Shown: piece by piece, positions 37,305 to 46,856 of the stretch
Position numbering within the stretch: the stretch's first letter is position 1
How the letters are laid out: every line of letters starts with the position of its first letter
Source: Candidatus Multivoradales bacterium
GTDB lineage: Bacteria; Acidobacteriota; Thermoanaerobaculia; Multivoradales; JAHEKO01
NCBI GenBank assembly: GCA_965223855.1
Contig: CBDCXM010000009.1
Coordinates: 1,760,001-1,824,000 of the forward strand
Length of the DNA: 64,000 nucleotides
Direction of reading: 5' to 3'
Notes under the pieces: model-generated
Seen by the model: only the letters and a program-made list of their open reading frames with translations
Database searches by the model: none
Told to the model about the DNA's origin: nothing
Translations under genes and position numbers: made by a program

Positions 37305-39044
37305 GTGAAGAATCTCGGCACGCTGCGCGGCTACCTGCTGCGCTACCCGGGGCGGCTGACACTCGGGATCGCGGCGATCCTGGGCATGTCGCTCGTCGGG
37401 CTGCTGCAGCCTCTGGTCGTCGGGAGGGCGATCGACGCCCTGTCGCTCGAGGTGTCGGGGCGCGCGCTCTTGCTCTACGGCGGGACGCTGGTCGCGATCG
37501 CTGTCGTGCAGGGGGCGCTGAGCTACGCCCAGCGGATGACCCTCGTCGCGGTGTCGCGCGACGTCGAGTTCGATCTGCGCAACGAGTACTTCGGTCGCCT
37601 CCTCGAGCTGCCACTGTCGTTCTACCAGCGCCAGCACACCGGCGACCTGATGGCTCGTGGCACGAACGACCTGCAGGCGGTGAGGATGCTGTGCGGGCCG
37701 GCGATCATGTACGCCGGCAACACTCTCTTCACCGCCACCGGAGCGCTGGCCTTCATGATCTATCTGCATCCGCGGCTGACGGCGGCGGCGCTCGTCACCA
37801 TGCCGCTGGTCGCGCTGGCGACCAAGGTGATCGGCGCGCGGATCCACGTCCTCTTCGACGCGGTGCAGGAGCAGTTCGGCGTGCTGTCGACGCGGGTGCA
37901 GGAGAATCTCGCCGGCGCCCGGGTCGTGCGGGCCTACGCTCGCGAGGAGAGCGAAGAGAAGGTCTTCGGCGAGCTCAACCGGGGCTACGTCGAGCGCGGC
38001 CGGCGCCTGATCGCCTGGGACGCCGCCTTCCGGCCGCTGCTGCAGTTGCTGATCGGCGCCGGTTTCGTCGTCGTGCTGCTCTACGGCGGGCGATTGGTGC
38101 TGGCGGGGGAACTCACGGTCGGCTCGTTCGTCACCTTCAACTTCTTCCTCATGAAGCTGGTCTGGCCGATGATCGCCATCGGCTGGGTGATCAATCTCGC
38201 GCAACGCGGCAGCGCATCACTGGGCCGCATTCTCGAGGTGCTCCGCACCGAGCCGGAGATCCGAGACCGGCCGGATGCCGCCGCACCGGATCGCCTCGAG
38301 CCGCGGGTCGAGATGCGCGACGTGAGTTTCGCCTACGGCGACGGTCCGGCGGTCCTCCGCGAGATCTCGCTGACAGTCGCACCGGGAACGACGACCGCAA
38401 TCGTCGGCCGCACCGGGAGCGGCAAGAGCACGCTACTGTCGCTCGTCCCCCGGCTGCTCGAGCCGCCACCGGAGAGCGTCTTCGTCGGCGGTCGCGATGT
38501 CCGCACGCTGCCGCTCGCGGCGCTCCGCCGTCACTGCGCGGTCGTACCCCAGGAGACCGTGCTCTTCTCGGCGACGCTCCTCGACAACATCCGCATGAGC
38601 CGACCCGAGGCGTCGCCCGACGAGGTGCTCGACGCTGCCCGAACCGCCGGCCTGGAGCCCGACCTCGAGCGCTTTCCCGAGGGGCTCGACACCCTCGTCG
38701 GCGAGCGCGGGGTGACCTTGTCGGGCGGGCAGAAGCAGCGGGTGGCGCTCGCCCGCGCTCTCGTGCGTCAGCCGCCGATTCTGCTGCTCGACGACTGTCT
38801 CTCGGCGGTCGATACCGAGACCGAGGAGCGCATTCTCACCGGGCTGGCGGGCGCCTTCGAGGGGCGCACGGTGCTGCTCGTCTCGCACCGGATCTCGACG
38901 GTCCGGCACGCCGACTCGATCGGAGTGCTCGACGGAGGGCGCCTGGTCGAGCACGGGAGTCACGAGGAGCTGCTGGCACTCGGCGGCGTCTACGCCGATC
39001 TCGAGCGTCGCCAGCGGCTCGAGGAGGAGCTCGGGGTGCTGTGA
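37305..39044 (+). CDS. ABC transporter permease/ATP-binding protein (MsbA/Sav1866-like)
   Basis: TGDLMAR, GRTGSGKST, VGERGVTLSGGQKQR, LLLDDCLSAVD. Confidence 0.92.
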   Translation: MKNLGTLRGYLLRYPGRLTLGIAAILGMSLVGLLQPLVVGRAIDALSLEVSGRALLLYGGTLVAIAVVQGALSYAQRMTLVAVSRDVEFDLRNEYFGRLLELPLSFYQRQHTGDLMARGTNDLQAVRMLCGPAIMYAGNTLFTATGALAFMIYLHPRLTAAALVTMPLVALATKVIGARIHVLFDAVQEQFGVLSTRVQENLAGARVVRAYAREESEEKVFGELNRGYVERGRRLIAWDAAFRPLLQLLIGAGFVVVLLYGGRLVLAGELTVGSFVTFNFFLMKLVWPMIAIGWVINLAQRGSASLGRILEVLRTEPEIRDRPDAAAPDRLEPRVEMRDVSFAYGDGPAVLREISLTVAPGTTTAIVGRTGSGKSTLLSLVPRLLEPPPESVFVGGRDVRTLPLAALRRHCAVVPQETVLFSATLLDNIRMSRPEASPDEVLDAARTAGLEPDLERFPEGLDTLVGERGVTLSGGQKQRVALARALVRQPPILLLDDCLSAVDTETEERILTGLAGAFEGRTVLLVSHRISTVRHADSIGVLDGGRLVEHGSHEELLALGGVYADLERRQRLEEELGVL

Positions 39045-39139
39045 TTCCGGCTGCGGCGAAATCGACACGCCGACGTCGGCGTCGTGTCGTCGGGCCTTTC
39101 GGGTGAGGGCTGTCTGCCGTTGAGGGTAGGCTTGGGAAC

Positions 39140-40045
39140 ATGAAAGTGATCGTCACCGGTGGAACCGGACTGATCGGCACGGCCCTGGCCGAGGCCCTCG
39201 TGGCACGGGGGGACGCTGTCGTCGTGACCAGCCGCAGTCCGAGCACCGCCTCGGTTCCCCGGGGGGTCGAGACGGCGGCCTGGGACGCGCGCTCGGCCGA
39301 AGCCCTCACTCCTGTCGTCGAGGGGGCGGACGCGGTGGTACATCTCGTCGGCGAGGGGATCGGCGACGGTCGCTGGAGCGCCGCGCGCAAGCAGCGGATC
39401 CGCGACAGCCGGGTCGATTCGAGCGCCGCCGTCGCGGCCGCGATCGCTGCCGCGACGGCGAGGCCACGAACGCTGCTGCAAGGCTCGGCGGTCGGCTTCT
39501 ACGGCGATCGTGGCGACGAGCGTCTCACCGAGGGCTCGGCGGCCGGCGACGGCTTCCTCGCCGAAGTCTGCGGCGAGTGGGAGGCGGCCTCGGCACCGGT
39601 CGAGGAGGGAGGGACCCGCAGGGTGCTGCTGCGTACCGGAGTCGTGCTCGCCAACGAGGGGGGCGCTCTGCCGCGAATGGCGCTGCCGTTCCGCCTCTTC
39701 GCCGGCGGACCGGTGGGTAGCGGCGGCCAGTGGGTGCCGTGGATTCACATCGCCGACGAGGTGGGAGCGATCCTTCACCTGCTCGATACCCCCGCGGCAT
39801 CCGGCCCGGTGAATCTGACCGCGCCGGGAGAAGCGACCAACCGAGCGCTGTCGAAGGCGCTCGGCAAGGTGCTGAGCCGGCCGAGTTTCCTGCCGGCTCC
39901 GGCGTTCGCGATGAAGCTCCTCCTGGGTGAGATGTCGCAGCTCCTGCTCGCTTCGCAGCGCGTCGTCCCGCAGGAGCTCGACGCGGGCGGCTACAGCTTC
40001 CGGTTTCCGTCGATCGAAGGCGCGCTCAGCGACCTCCTCGGCTGA
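39140..40045 (+). CDS. TIGR01777 family NAD-dependent epimerase/oxidoreductase
   Basis: VTGGTGLIG, SRV, SAVGFYG, FLAEVCGEWE, LRTGVVL, WIHIAD, SQRVVP. Confidence 0.9.
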   Translation: MKVIVTGGTGLIGTALAEALVARGDAVVVTSRSPSTASVPRGVETAAWDARSAEALTPVVEGADAVVHLVGEGIGDGRWSAARKQRIRDSRVDSSAAVAAAIAAATARPRTLLQGSAVGFYGDRGDERLTEGSAAGDGFLAEVCGEWEAASAPVEEGGTRRVLLRTGVVLANEGGALPRMALPFRLFAGGPVGSGGQWVPWIHIADEVGAILHLLDTPAASGPVNLTAPGEATNRALSKALGKVLSRPSFLPAPAFAMKLLLGEMSQLLLASQRVVPQELDAGGYSFRFPSIEGALSDLLG

Positions 40046-40047
40046 CC

Positions 40048-40341
40048 GTGACAAAGCCCGCGGCTCAGGACCCGACGATCTCCGCCGAACTCGAGCGCGC
40101 GGTGGCTCAGGGGGCGACCGTCGCCCTGTCGCGTATCGAGGACGGGCCCAACCGCGGGGCGGAGATGCTGGTATGGGAGAACGGCCAGGCTCTCGGCTCG
40201 CTCGGCCCGCCGAGACTCAACCAGAAGGTCGCCCTCTACGCCGAGGGGCTGATGGCGCGTGCCGGCTCTGAGCGCCGACGCTTCGACACCCCGGAAGGGG
40301 CCGTCCTTCTGCTGACGACGATCTACCCGGAGCGCCCGTGA
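40048..40341 (+). CDS. Small protein resembling the XdhC/CoxI N-terminal domain
   Basis: GAEMLVWENGQALGSLG resembles the XdhC GAxMxV..G...G[ST]hG motif. Confidence 0.5.
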   Translation: MTKPAAQDPTISAELERAVAQGATVALSRIEDGPNRGAEMLVWENGQALGSLGPPRLNQKVALYAEGLMARAGSERRRFDTPEGAVLLLTTIYPERP

Positions 40342-40817
40342 CGGCGCCGTCGAGACCGGAGGCGATCCGGCAGGGGGACATCCCGGGGGTCCAGTTGCGC
40401 CGTCGCGCCGTCCTCGCCGTAGCACCTGCGGTGCTTTGGGAATGGCTGGTGGTGCCCGACCTGCTCGAGCGGTGGGCCTGCCGGCAGGCGGCCGTGTCGC
40501 TCGAGCGCGGCACGACCTTCGACTGGATCGGCAACGCCGAGCTGGGCGAAGAGTGCGTCGAGACCTGCGAGACGGTCGACGCCGCCCCGCCGTGGCGCTG
40601 GCGGCTCGCCCTGACGCAGCCCGGCTGGGACGCGGCGACGCGACTGCAGTTCGATCTCTCGGCGGCCGACGGCGGCAGCGGGATCTCGGTGCTGCAGAAC
40701 GGCTTCGAGCACCTGTCGCTGTCGCTGAGTCTCACCGTCTGGGAGGCGTATCGCCGGCGCTGGACACAGGCGCTGGAAGCTCTCGACCGGGCGATCGCCG
40801 CGGCGGCCGGCTTCTGA
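40338..40817 (+). CDS. SRPBCC/Aha1-domain protein
   Basis: RRRAVLAVAPAVLWEWL…LLERW, T..L.Q.GF, terminal helix RRRWTQALEAL. Confidence 0.75.
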   Translation: MTAPSRPEAIRQGDIPGVQLRRRAVLAVAPAVLWEWLVVPDLLERWACRQAAVSLERGTTFDWIGNAELGEECVETCETVDAAPPWRWRLALTQPGWDAATRLQFDLSAADGGSGISVLQNGFEHLSLSLSLTVWEAYRRRWTQALEALDRAIAAAAGF

Positions 40818-40871
40818 GTGCAGGGCCGGCACCTGGTAGCCGGCATCCGGTGCCGAGAAGGTGAGACTGGT

Positions 40872-42083
40872 TCAGGCGCCGGCGCGATCCCACGCCGCGC
40901 GCAGGTCGCGGCCGACCTGCGCGGCGACGTCGTGGGCGGCGTAGACACGGAAGCGGTCGATCTTCTCGAGGTGACCGATGAAGTGGCTCGCCTCGGCGAT
41001 CGGGGCCAGCGTGCCGTCGAAGCGCCGGGCGAAGACCCGTGCCTGGCGGAGCCGGTGAGGGTCCTTGGCCGAGTTCGAGATGATGAGGTTCTCGGCGCCG
41101 TAGGTCGCTTCGATCTCCGGCACCAGGCGCTGGAATCGTTTGCGCTCCTTCTTGCGCAGGTGCTCGCCGGTCTCGAAGGCGAGCGGGAAGCCACGTCGCC
41201 GCACGACGGCCTGGGCGTGCCTCGACTTCGAGGCCCGCATGCGGGTCCAGGTGGTGATGTCGTCGTGCTCTAGAAAGCGCTCCGGATCGACCGGCCACCG
41301 CAGCCCCTCGTCGATCAGCCAGCGTGAGAGGTGGTGCTCGTACGCCTTGCCGGTGACGTTGAAGTACACCTGCGTGAACATGTAGTAGCGGGCCATGACC
41401 AGCCCCTCGAGGGCGTGCACGCCACCCTCCTCGACACCCAGCCCCTGCTCGCCGGTGACCGGGTCCTCGAGCGCCTCCATCGTGTGGAGGAGCCGGTCGA
41501 GGTCGTAGCTGCCGTAGCGCACGCCGCAGTAGAGGCCGTCGCGCAGCAGGTAGTCCATCTTGTCGACGTCGAGCTCACCGGCGACGATCTGCGACAGCAG
41601 CCGCTCGCGCGAGTCGCGCGGGGCGGTGAGCACCCGCACGACGTCGTCCGGCTCGATGCCGTCGCCGAGCCGGTCGAGCACCTCGGCGACGGCGGGCGAG
41701 CGGATCAGCCGGCAGGTCATCTCCTCGTGGTGGATCGGCTCCTCGAACAGCTCCTCCGCGGAGTGGGAGAACGGCGGATGGCCGATGTCGTGCAGCAGCG
41801 CCGCGGCCCGCACCAGGCGGCGATCGGGGCTCCCCGGCGACGGGTCGAGCAGGCCGCGGCTGCCGGGTGCGACGGCGTCGAACACCCGGCCGGCGAGGTG
41901 CATGACACCGAGCACATGGCTGAACCGGCTGTGCTCGGCGCCGGGGAAGACGAGATACGCCATCCCGAGCTGACGGATCGAGCGCAGCCGCTGCAGGGGA
42001 GCGCTGTTGATGAGCGCCGTCTCGAGCGGATCGGCGTTGATGAACCCGTGGATCGGGTCGCGGAAGGAGGCGGTATCGGCCAG
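40872..42083 (-). CDS. HD-domain phosphohydrolase (dNTPase/SAMHD1-like)
   Basis: RDPIHG, QRLRSIRQLG, HSRFSHVLG, LLHDIGHPPFSH, LDVDKMDYLLRD, RYYMFTQVYF; start tentative. Confidence 0.9.
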   Translation of the reverse strand: MADTASFRDPIHGFINADPLETALINSAPLQRLRSIRQLGMAYLVFPGAEHSRFSHVLGVMHLAGRVFDAVAPGSRGLLDPSPGSPDRRLVRAAALLHDIGHPPFSHSAEELFEEPIHHEEMTCRLIRSPAVAEVLDRLGDGIEPDDVVRVLTAPRDSRERLLSQIVAGELDVDKMDYLLRDGLYCGVRYGSYDLDRLLHTMEALEDPVTGEQGLGVEEGGVHALEGLVMARYYMFTQVYFNVTGKAYEHHLSRWLIDEGLRWPVDPERFLEHDDITTWTRMRASKSRHAQAVVRRRGFPLAFETGEHLRKKERKRFQRLVPEIEATYGAENLIISNSAKDPHRLRQARVFARRFDGTLAPIAEASHFIGHLEKIDRFRVYAAHDVAAQVGRDLRAAWDRAGA

Positions 42084-42112
42084 AGCAGGTCTCCCGGGAA
42101 GGTGCCCGGATT

Positions 42113-42634
42113 CTAGCGCTCGGCGCTGCCACCGCCGTGACCCGACCGCGGCCAGGCCACTCGGGTCAGGCTCGAACGCCCACCGGCCTGTTCGAGAGCC
42201 TGCTCGACGCTCCTGCCCGATCCGGGAAGTCGCAGCCCCGGCGCCGCGTCGGCGAGCGGGGCGAGGACGAACGGGCGTCGCTCGAGCTGCGGGTGGGGGA
42301 GGGTGAGTTCGGCCCGCGAGGCGACCACGTCGCCGTAGAGGAGCAGGTCGAGGTCGAGCGCTCGCGACGCCCACCGCGCAGCGCTGCGCCTGCCGGCCCG
42401 CCATTCGAGGAATTTCAGCATCGCCAGTAGCGGTTCCGGTTCGAGGCGGGTGTGGCCGACGACGACGCTGTTGAGGTAGTCGGGCTGCTCGCCGCCGCCG
42501 AGTGCCGCCGAGCGATAGAGCCCGCCCCGCCGGGGCTCTTCGAGCAGCCGCTCGAGGAACGCGGCGGCCTCGTCCAACCGCTCCTCAAGATTCCCGAGAT
42601 TGCTCCCCAGACCGATGGCGACAGGCACGTTCAT
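42113..42634 (-). CDS. folK: 2-amino-4-hydroxy-6-hydroxymethyldihydropteridine diphosphokinase
   Basis: IGLGSNLG, QPDYLN, RALDLDLL, LTLPHP…RPFVLAPL. Confidence 0.92.
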   Translation of the reverse strand: MNVPVAIGLGSNLGNLEERLDEAAAFLERLLEEPRRGGLYRSAALGGGEQPDYLNSVVVGHTRLEPEPLLAMLKFLEWRAGRRSAARWASRALDLDLLLYGDVVASRAELTLPHPQLERRPFVLAPLADAAPGLRLPGSGRSVEQALEQAGGRSSLTRVAWPRSGHGGGSAER

Positions 42635-42778
42635 GACGGACGGTTCGAGCGTAACCCGCGCCGCCTTCGTGATCGACAGCGGCCGCCCGTTTTGCAGCCG
42701 AGGCGCCCGTGCCGTACCATCCGACGTCCGAGTCGCGGCGGGAACCGATCCCGGCCGCACCGCTCGAAGGTACGCTCG

Positions 42779-43483
42779 ATGAAGACGCTGCAATGGGCCG
42801 TGGCCGGAATCGCCTTCGCCTCCCTGGCGGGGGCCCAGCCGCCGTCTCCCTACGACGTCGCCGCCGACGAGCGCCTGCCGGCGCTGGTCGAGCGGATGCG
42901 CTTCGAGCAGGAGCAGCTCGTCACTCTCGAGGCGAACTTCGTGCAGCGCAAGGAGAGCGCGCTGCTGCTCGAGCCGGAGGAGGCGACCGGTGTCTTTTCC
43001 TATGCCTCGCCCGATCGGGTCCGTTGGGAGTACCTCGAGCCGAACCCGATCTCGATGCTGATCGACGGCGAGCAGATGACCACCTGGTATCGCGACCTCG
43101 ATCAGGTCGAGGAGGTGGAGATCGGCCGTCATTCGCAGCGGGTGCTCGAGTACCTCGGCGCCGGCAGCTCGCTGGCGCGGCTGCTCGAGTACTTCGACGT
43201 GCGCCTGACGCTGCCGGACGATCGTGCCCGGCCGATGCGCCTCGAGCTCGATCCCAAGTTCGAGCGGGTTGCGCGGCGCATCGAGGGGATGCAGATCTGG
43301 GTCGATCCGGACACGTTCCTGCCGTTGAGGCTGCGCTACCTCGAGCCGGGCGGCGACGTCACGGATTACGAGTTCGCCGACTACCGGATCAACGGCGAGA
43401 TCCCCGGCGAGCGCTTCGAGCTCGACCTGCCCTCCGACGTTCAGGTGCGCACCATCGACCTGCGCCGCGCCGGCCTGCGTTGA
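42779..43483 (+). CDS. lolA: Outer-membrane lipoprotein carrier LolA family
   Basis: Signal peptide; LEANFVQ, PDRVRWEY, IDGEQMTTWY, C-terminal F.L..P. Confidence 0.75.
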   Translation: MKTLQWAVAGIAFASLAGAQPPSPYDVAADERLPALVERMRFEQEQLVTLEANFVQRKESALLLEPEEATGVFSYASPDRVRWEYLEPNPISMLIDGEQMTTWYRDLDQVEEVEIGRHSQRVLEYLGAGSSLARLLEYFDVRLTLPDDRARPMRLELDPKFERVARRIEGMQIWVDPDTFLPLRLRYLEPGGDVTDYEFADYRINGEIPGERFELDLPSDVQVRTIDLRRAGLR

Positions 43484-43508
43484 TCGCGGCCTGTCAGCCG
43501 GTAGAGCC

Positions 43509-44648
43509 GTGAGCGTCGGTTTCGAGGTGCTCGCCCGCGACGGCGAGGCGCGGCGCGGCAGGCTGTCGACCCCTCACGGCGCGGTGGAGACGCCGGCCTT
43601 CATGCCGGTCGGCTCGCTCGGGGCCGTGAAGGGGGTGACGCCGGCCGCGCTCGAGGAGGCGGGGGCCCAGGTGATGCTGTCGAACCTCTACCACCTGTCG
43701 CTGCGGCCGGGGATCCAGGTCATCGAGTCGCTCGGCGGCATCCATGCCTTCACCGGCTGGAATCGCCCGATCCTCACCGACAGTGGCGGGTTCCAGGTGT
43801 TCTCGCTGGCCCGCATGCGGCGGATCGACGCCGACGGGGTGACGTTTCGCAATCACGTCGACGGCGACGAGATGCGGTTGACCCCCGAGAGCGTGGTCGA
43901 CGACCAGAAGCGGCTCGGGGTCGATCTCGCCATGGTGCTCGACGAGTGTCCGCCATGGCCGGTTTCGCGCCACGAAGCCGAGGTCTCGCTCGATCGCACG
44001 CAGGCCTGGGCACGGCGCGCCCGCGAGGCGTGGACCGGCGACCCGCCGTGGCTGTTGGGGATCGTTCAGGGTTCGGTCTTCCCCGAGCTGCGCCGCCGTG
44101 CGATCGAGGAGCTCGCGGCGATGGACTTCCCCGGCTATGCCGTCGGCGGCGTCAGCGTCGGCGAGCCGAGCGAAGACCGCCGGCAGGTGGTCGAGTGGTC
44201 GGCCCCCGCGCTGCCGGAGACGAAGCCTCGTTACCTCATGGGCGTCGGCACCCCCGACGACATCGCCCACGCCGTCGCCCACGGCATCGATCTCTTCGAC
44301 TGCGTCATGCCGAGCCGCAATGCGCGGCACGGCCAGCTCTTCACCCGCGAGGGCCCGCTGAGGATCAAGAACGCTGCGTTCAAGAAGGACGAACGGCCGG
44401 TCGATGCCGGGTGTGGCTGCCCGTGCTGCAGCCGTGTGAGCCGGGCGTTTCTGCACCATCTGTTCCGCACCGGAGAGATCACCGGGGCAGTGCTGGCGAC
44501 GCTCCACAACGTCCGCTTCTATCTTGACTTTATGGGGGATCTCCGGGAAGCTATCGCGTCCGCCTCACTGGCGGAAATGCTGGCATCGAGGCGGTTCCTC
44601 GATCGAGCGGTCGCCGGCCCCTCGCCGGAATCTCCCCCGTCCAGGTGA
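43509..44648 (+). CDS. tgt: Queuine tRNA-ribosyltransferase
   Basis: ETPAFMPVG, LTDSGGFQVFSL, GGVSVGE, YLMGVG, FDCVMP, Zn site CGCPCC…HN. Confidence 0.96.
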   Translation: MSVGFEVLARDGEARRGRLSTPHGAVETPAFMPVGSLGAVKGVTPAALEEAGAQVMLSNLYHLSLRPGIQVIESLGGIHAFTGWNRPILTDSGGFQVFSLARMRRIDADGVTFRNHVDGDEMRLTPESVVDDQKRLGVDLAMVLDECPPWPVSRHEAEVSLDRTQAWARRAREAWTGDPPWLLGIVQGSVFPELRRRAIEELAAMDFPGYAVGGVSVGEPSEDRRQVVEWSAPALPETKPRYLMGVGTPDDIAHAVAHGIDLFDCVMPSRNARHGQLFTREGPLRIKNAAFKKDERPVDAGCGCPCCSRVSRAFLHHLFRTGEITGAVLATLHNVRFYLDFMGDLREAIASASLAEMLASRRFLDRAVAGPSPESPPSR

Positions 44649-44760
44649 TGTTCTCCCGGGGTACCTCCGGGGGCGGACCGCAACGTCGCCGGCCGAGCAC
44701 GGAAGCCGTTCGTCGCACCCCAACCTCTCAGTCGCCCAAGCAGCCAGCCCGGAGTTCGAT

Positions 44761-45066
44761 ATGAGTTCGCTCGTGACCCTTCTCGCTCAGACGACCGGCC
44801 CGTCCGGCCTCATGAGCTTCCTGCCGCTCGTCCTGATCTTCGCGATCTTCTACTTCCTGCTGATCGCGCCGATGCGCAAGCGGCAGAAGCAGTTGCAGGA
44901 GATGATCGCCGAGCTCAAGAAGGGCGACAAGGTGGTGACGACCGGCGGCATCCACGGCGAGGTCTACGCCCTCGAGGAGTCGACGCTCTTGCTCAAGATC
45001 GCCGACAACGTGCGGATCAAGATCGCCCGGTCGGCGATCTCCGGCAAGGAAGGCGAGGAGATCTGA
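44761..45066 (+). CDS. yajC: Preprotein translocase subunit YajC
   Basis: FYFLLIAP…LKKGDKVVTTGGIHG; tgt-yajC-secD order. Confidence 0.95.
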   Translation: MSSLVTLLAQTTGPSGLMSFLPLVLIFAIFYFLLIAPMRKRQKQLQEMIAELKKGDKVVTTGGIHGEVYALEESTLLLKIADNVRIKIARSAISGKEGEEI

Positions 45067-46634
45067 TGAATCGAAGCCTGCTCTGGCGCGGCCTGACGAT
45101 CGTCGCCGTCGCCGCGATCGTTCTGCTCTCGGCGCTGCCGCTCGAAGAGAACATCAAGCTCGGCCTCGACCTGCGAGGCGGCATTCACCTCAAGCTCGAG
45201 GTGGCGACCGAGGACGCTCTGCGCTCCGAGACCGACAAGGATCTGGAACGGCTCCTGGCCGAGCTCTCGGACAACGGTGTTTCGACCGCCAGCGGCGATC
45301 GACTCGACGACTCGAGCTTCGTGGTTCGCGGCGTCACCTCGGCCAACGACGACGACGTGAGAACGATCGTCGACGACTTCCTCCCCGGCTGGAACTACCA
45401 GAGGAGCGGCGACGAGCTCACCTTCCGGATGGAGACGACGAACCGCAACACGATCACCAATCTGGCGGTGGTGCAGGCGGTGGAGACGATCCGCAACCGG
45501 GTCGACGCCTTCGGCGTGGCCGAGCCGGTGATCCAGCGCCAGGGTGCGAAGCGGGTGGTCGTCGAACTGCCGGGCGTCGATGACCCGGAGCGCGTCAAGG
45601 AACTCATCGGCACGCCGGCTTTCCTCGAGTTCCGGCTCGTCGACTATCCGCTGCGGGGCGCGGGAGCGATCAGCGAGGGGGATGTGCTGGCCAACTATGG
45701 CGGTGTGCTCCCCGCGAACCTCGAGATGAAGACTCAGATCGCGCGGGACGACGACGGGCAGGAGACGGGGCGCTTCTACTACGCGGTGGAGAAGCGGGCG
45801 GCGATCACCGGTCGCGATCTGCGCAACGCCCGCCCCGGCCTCGGCGACTTCAACCAGCCGGTCGTCAACTTCTTCCTCACCCACGAGGGGGGGCAGCGGT
45901 TCGGCGAGCTGACCGGCAACAATGTCGGCAAAGGGCTCGCCATCGTGCTCGACGGCTTCGTCGTGTCGGCGCCCAACATCAACAGCCGGATCAACGACCA
46001 GGGGATCATCGAGGGCGGCTTCACCCAGCGCGAGGTCGAGGATCTCTCGACGGTGCTGCGCTCCGGTGCACTGCCGGCTGGGATCTCCTACCTCGAAGAG
46101 CGCACGGTCGGCCCGTCGCTCGGTCAGGACTCGATCCGCCGGGGGCTGCGCGCGGGACTGCTCGGGCTCGGCCTCATCATCCTGCTGATGGTCGTCATCT
46201 ACAAGGTCACCGGCTTCAATGCTGTGCTGGCGCTGGTGCTCAACATCGCCGTGATCTTCGGTGCCCTGGCCTACTTCGACGCCACGCTGACACTCCCGGG
46301 CATCGCGGGGATCGTCCTCATCATCGGCATGGCGGTCGATGCCAACGTGCTGGTCTTCGAGCGGATCCGTGAGGAGCTGCGCAAGGGCCGCACCGTCAAG
46401 TCGTCGATCGACGCCGGCTTCGCCAAGGCGCTGTCGTCGGTGCTCGACGCCAACATCACGACGCTCATTGCCGCGCTCTTCCTCTTCCAGTTCGGCACCG
46501 GGCCGATTCGCGGCTTCGCGGTGACGCTCTCGATCGGCATCCTCGCCTCGGTCTTCACCGCCATCTTCGTCAGCCGCTGGATCTTCGATCTGGTGATCTC
46601 GCGCCGTCGCAAGGTCGACCGACTCTCCATCTAG
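45066..46634 (+). CDS. secD: Protein translocase subunit SecD
   Basis: LGLDLRGG, RNRVDAFGVAEP, LRSGALP, VGPSLG, GMAVDANVLVFERIREE. Confidence 0.96.
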   Translation: MNRSLLWRGLTIVAVAAIVLLSALPLEENIKLGLDLRGGIHLKLEVATEDALRSETDKDLERLLAELSDNGVSTASGDRLDDSSFVVRGVTSANDDDVRTIVDDFLPGWNYQRSGDELTFRMETTNRNTITNLAVVQAVETIRNRVDAFGVAEPVIQRQGAKRVVVELPGVDDPERVKELIGTPAFLEFRLVDYPLRGAGAISEGDVLANYGGVLPANLEMKTQIARDDDGQETGRFYYAVEKRAAITGRDLRNARPGLGDFNQPVVNFFLTHEGGQRFGELTGNNVGKGLAIVLDGFVVSAPNINSRINDQGIIEGGFTQREVEDLSTVLRSGALPAGISYLEERTVGPSLGQDSIRRGLRAGLLGLGLIILLMVVIYKVTGFNAVLALVLNIAVIFGALAYFDATLTLPGIAGIVLIIGMAVDANVLVFERIREELRKGRTVKSSIDAGFAKALSSVLDANITTLIAALFLFQFGTGPIRGFAVTLSIGILASVFTAIFVSRWIFDLVISRRRKVDRLSI

Positions 46635-46816
46635 GCCTCAACTTCTCGCACCACTGCACTCCGGTAGGCCGTATGTCACTGCATCTACTTCGTTTTCCGT
46701 TCGCTGCGCTCCTCGACGTAGCTACGGCTATGCCTGCGGTGCTCGCGACCGGAAGCCTTGTATCTCCAGCAACCTACGACCTACCAAAGCGCAGTGGCGT
46801 GAGAAGTTCAGGCTAG
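46631..46816. mobile_element. 186-bp palindromic MITE/REP-like element between secD and secF
   Basis: CTAG at both ends; imperfect terminal inverted repeats 46631-46657 / 46791-46816; nested inner pairings. Confidence 0.6.
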
Positions 46817-46856
46817 CGCGCCAGCCGCGGCCCCGACCGGGCCAGGAGCCTTTTCC

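Noticed and set aside
39067-39082. Perfect 16-bp palindrome ACGCCGACGTCGGCGT after the ABC transporter
   Set aside because: Could be a terminator stem or operator, but it is GC-rich, single and lacks a U-tract, so no function can be assigned
46631-46816. 6S RNA call for the ~180-nt hairpins (also 50138-50313)
   Set aside because: Size fits, but no recognisable 6S central-bubble consensus or usual gene context, and CTAG ends favour an inserted element; needs an Rfam scan
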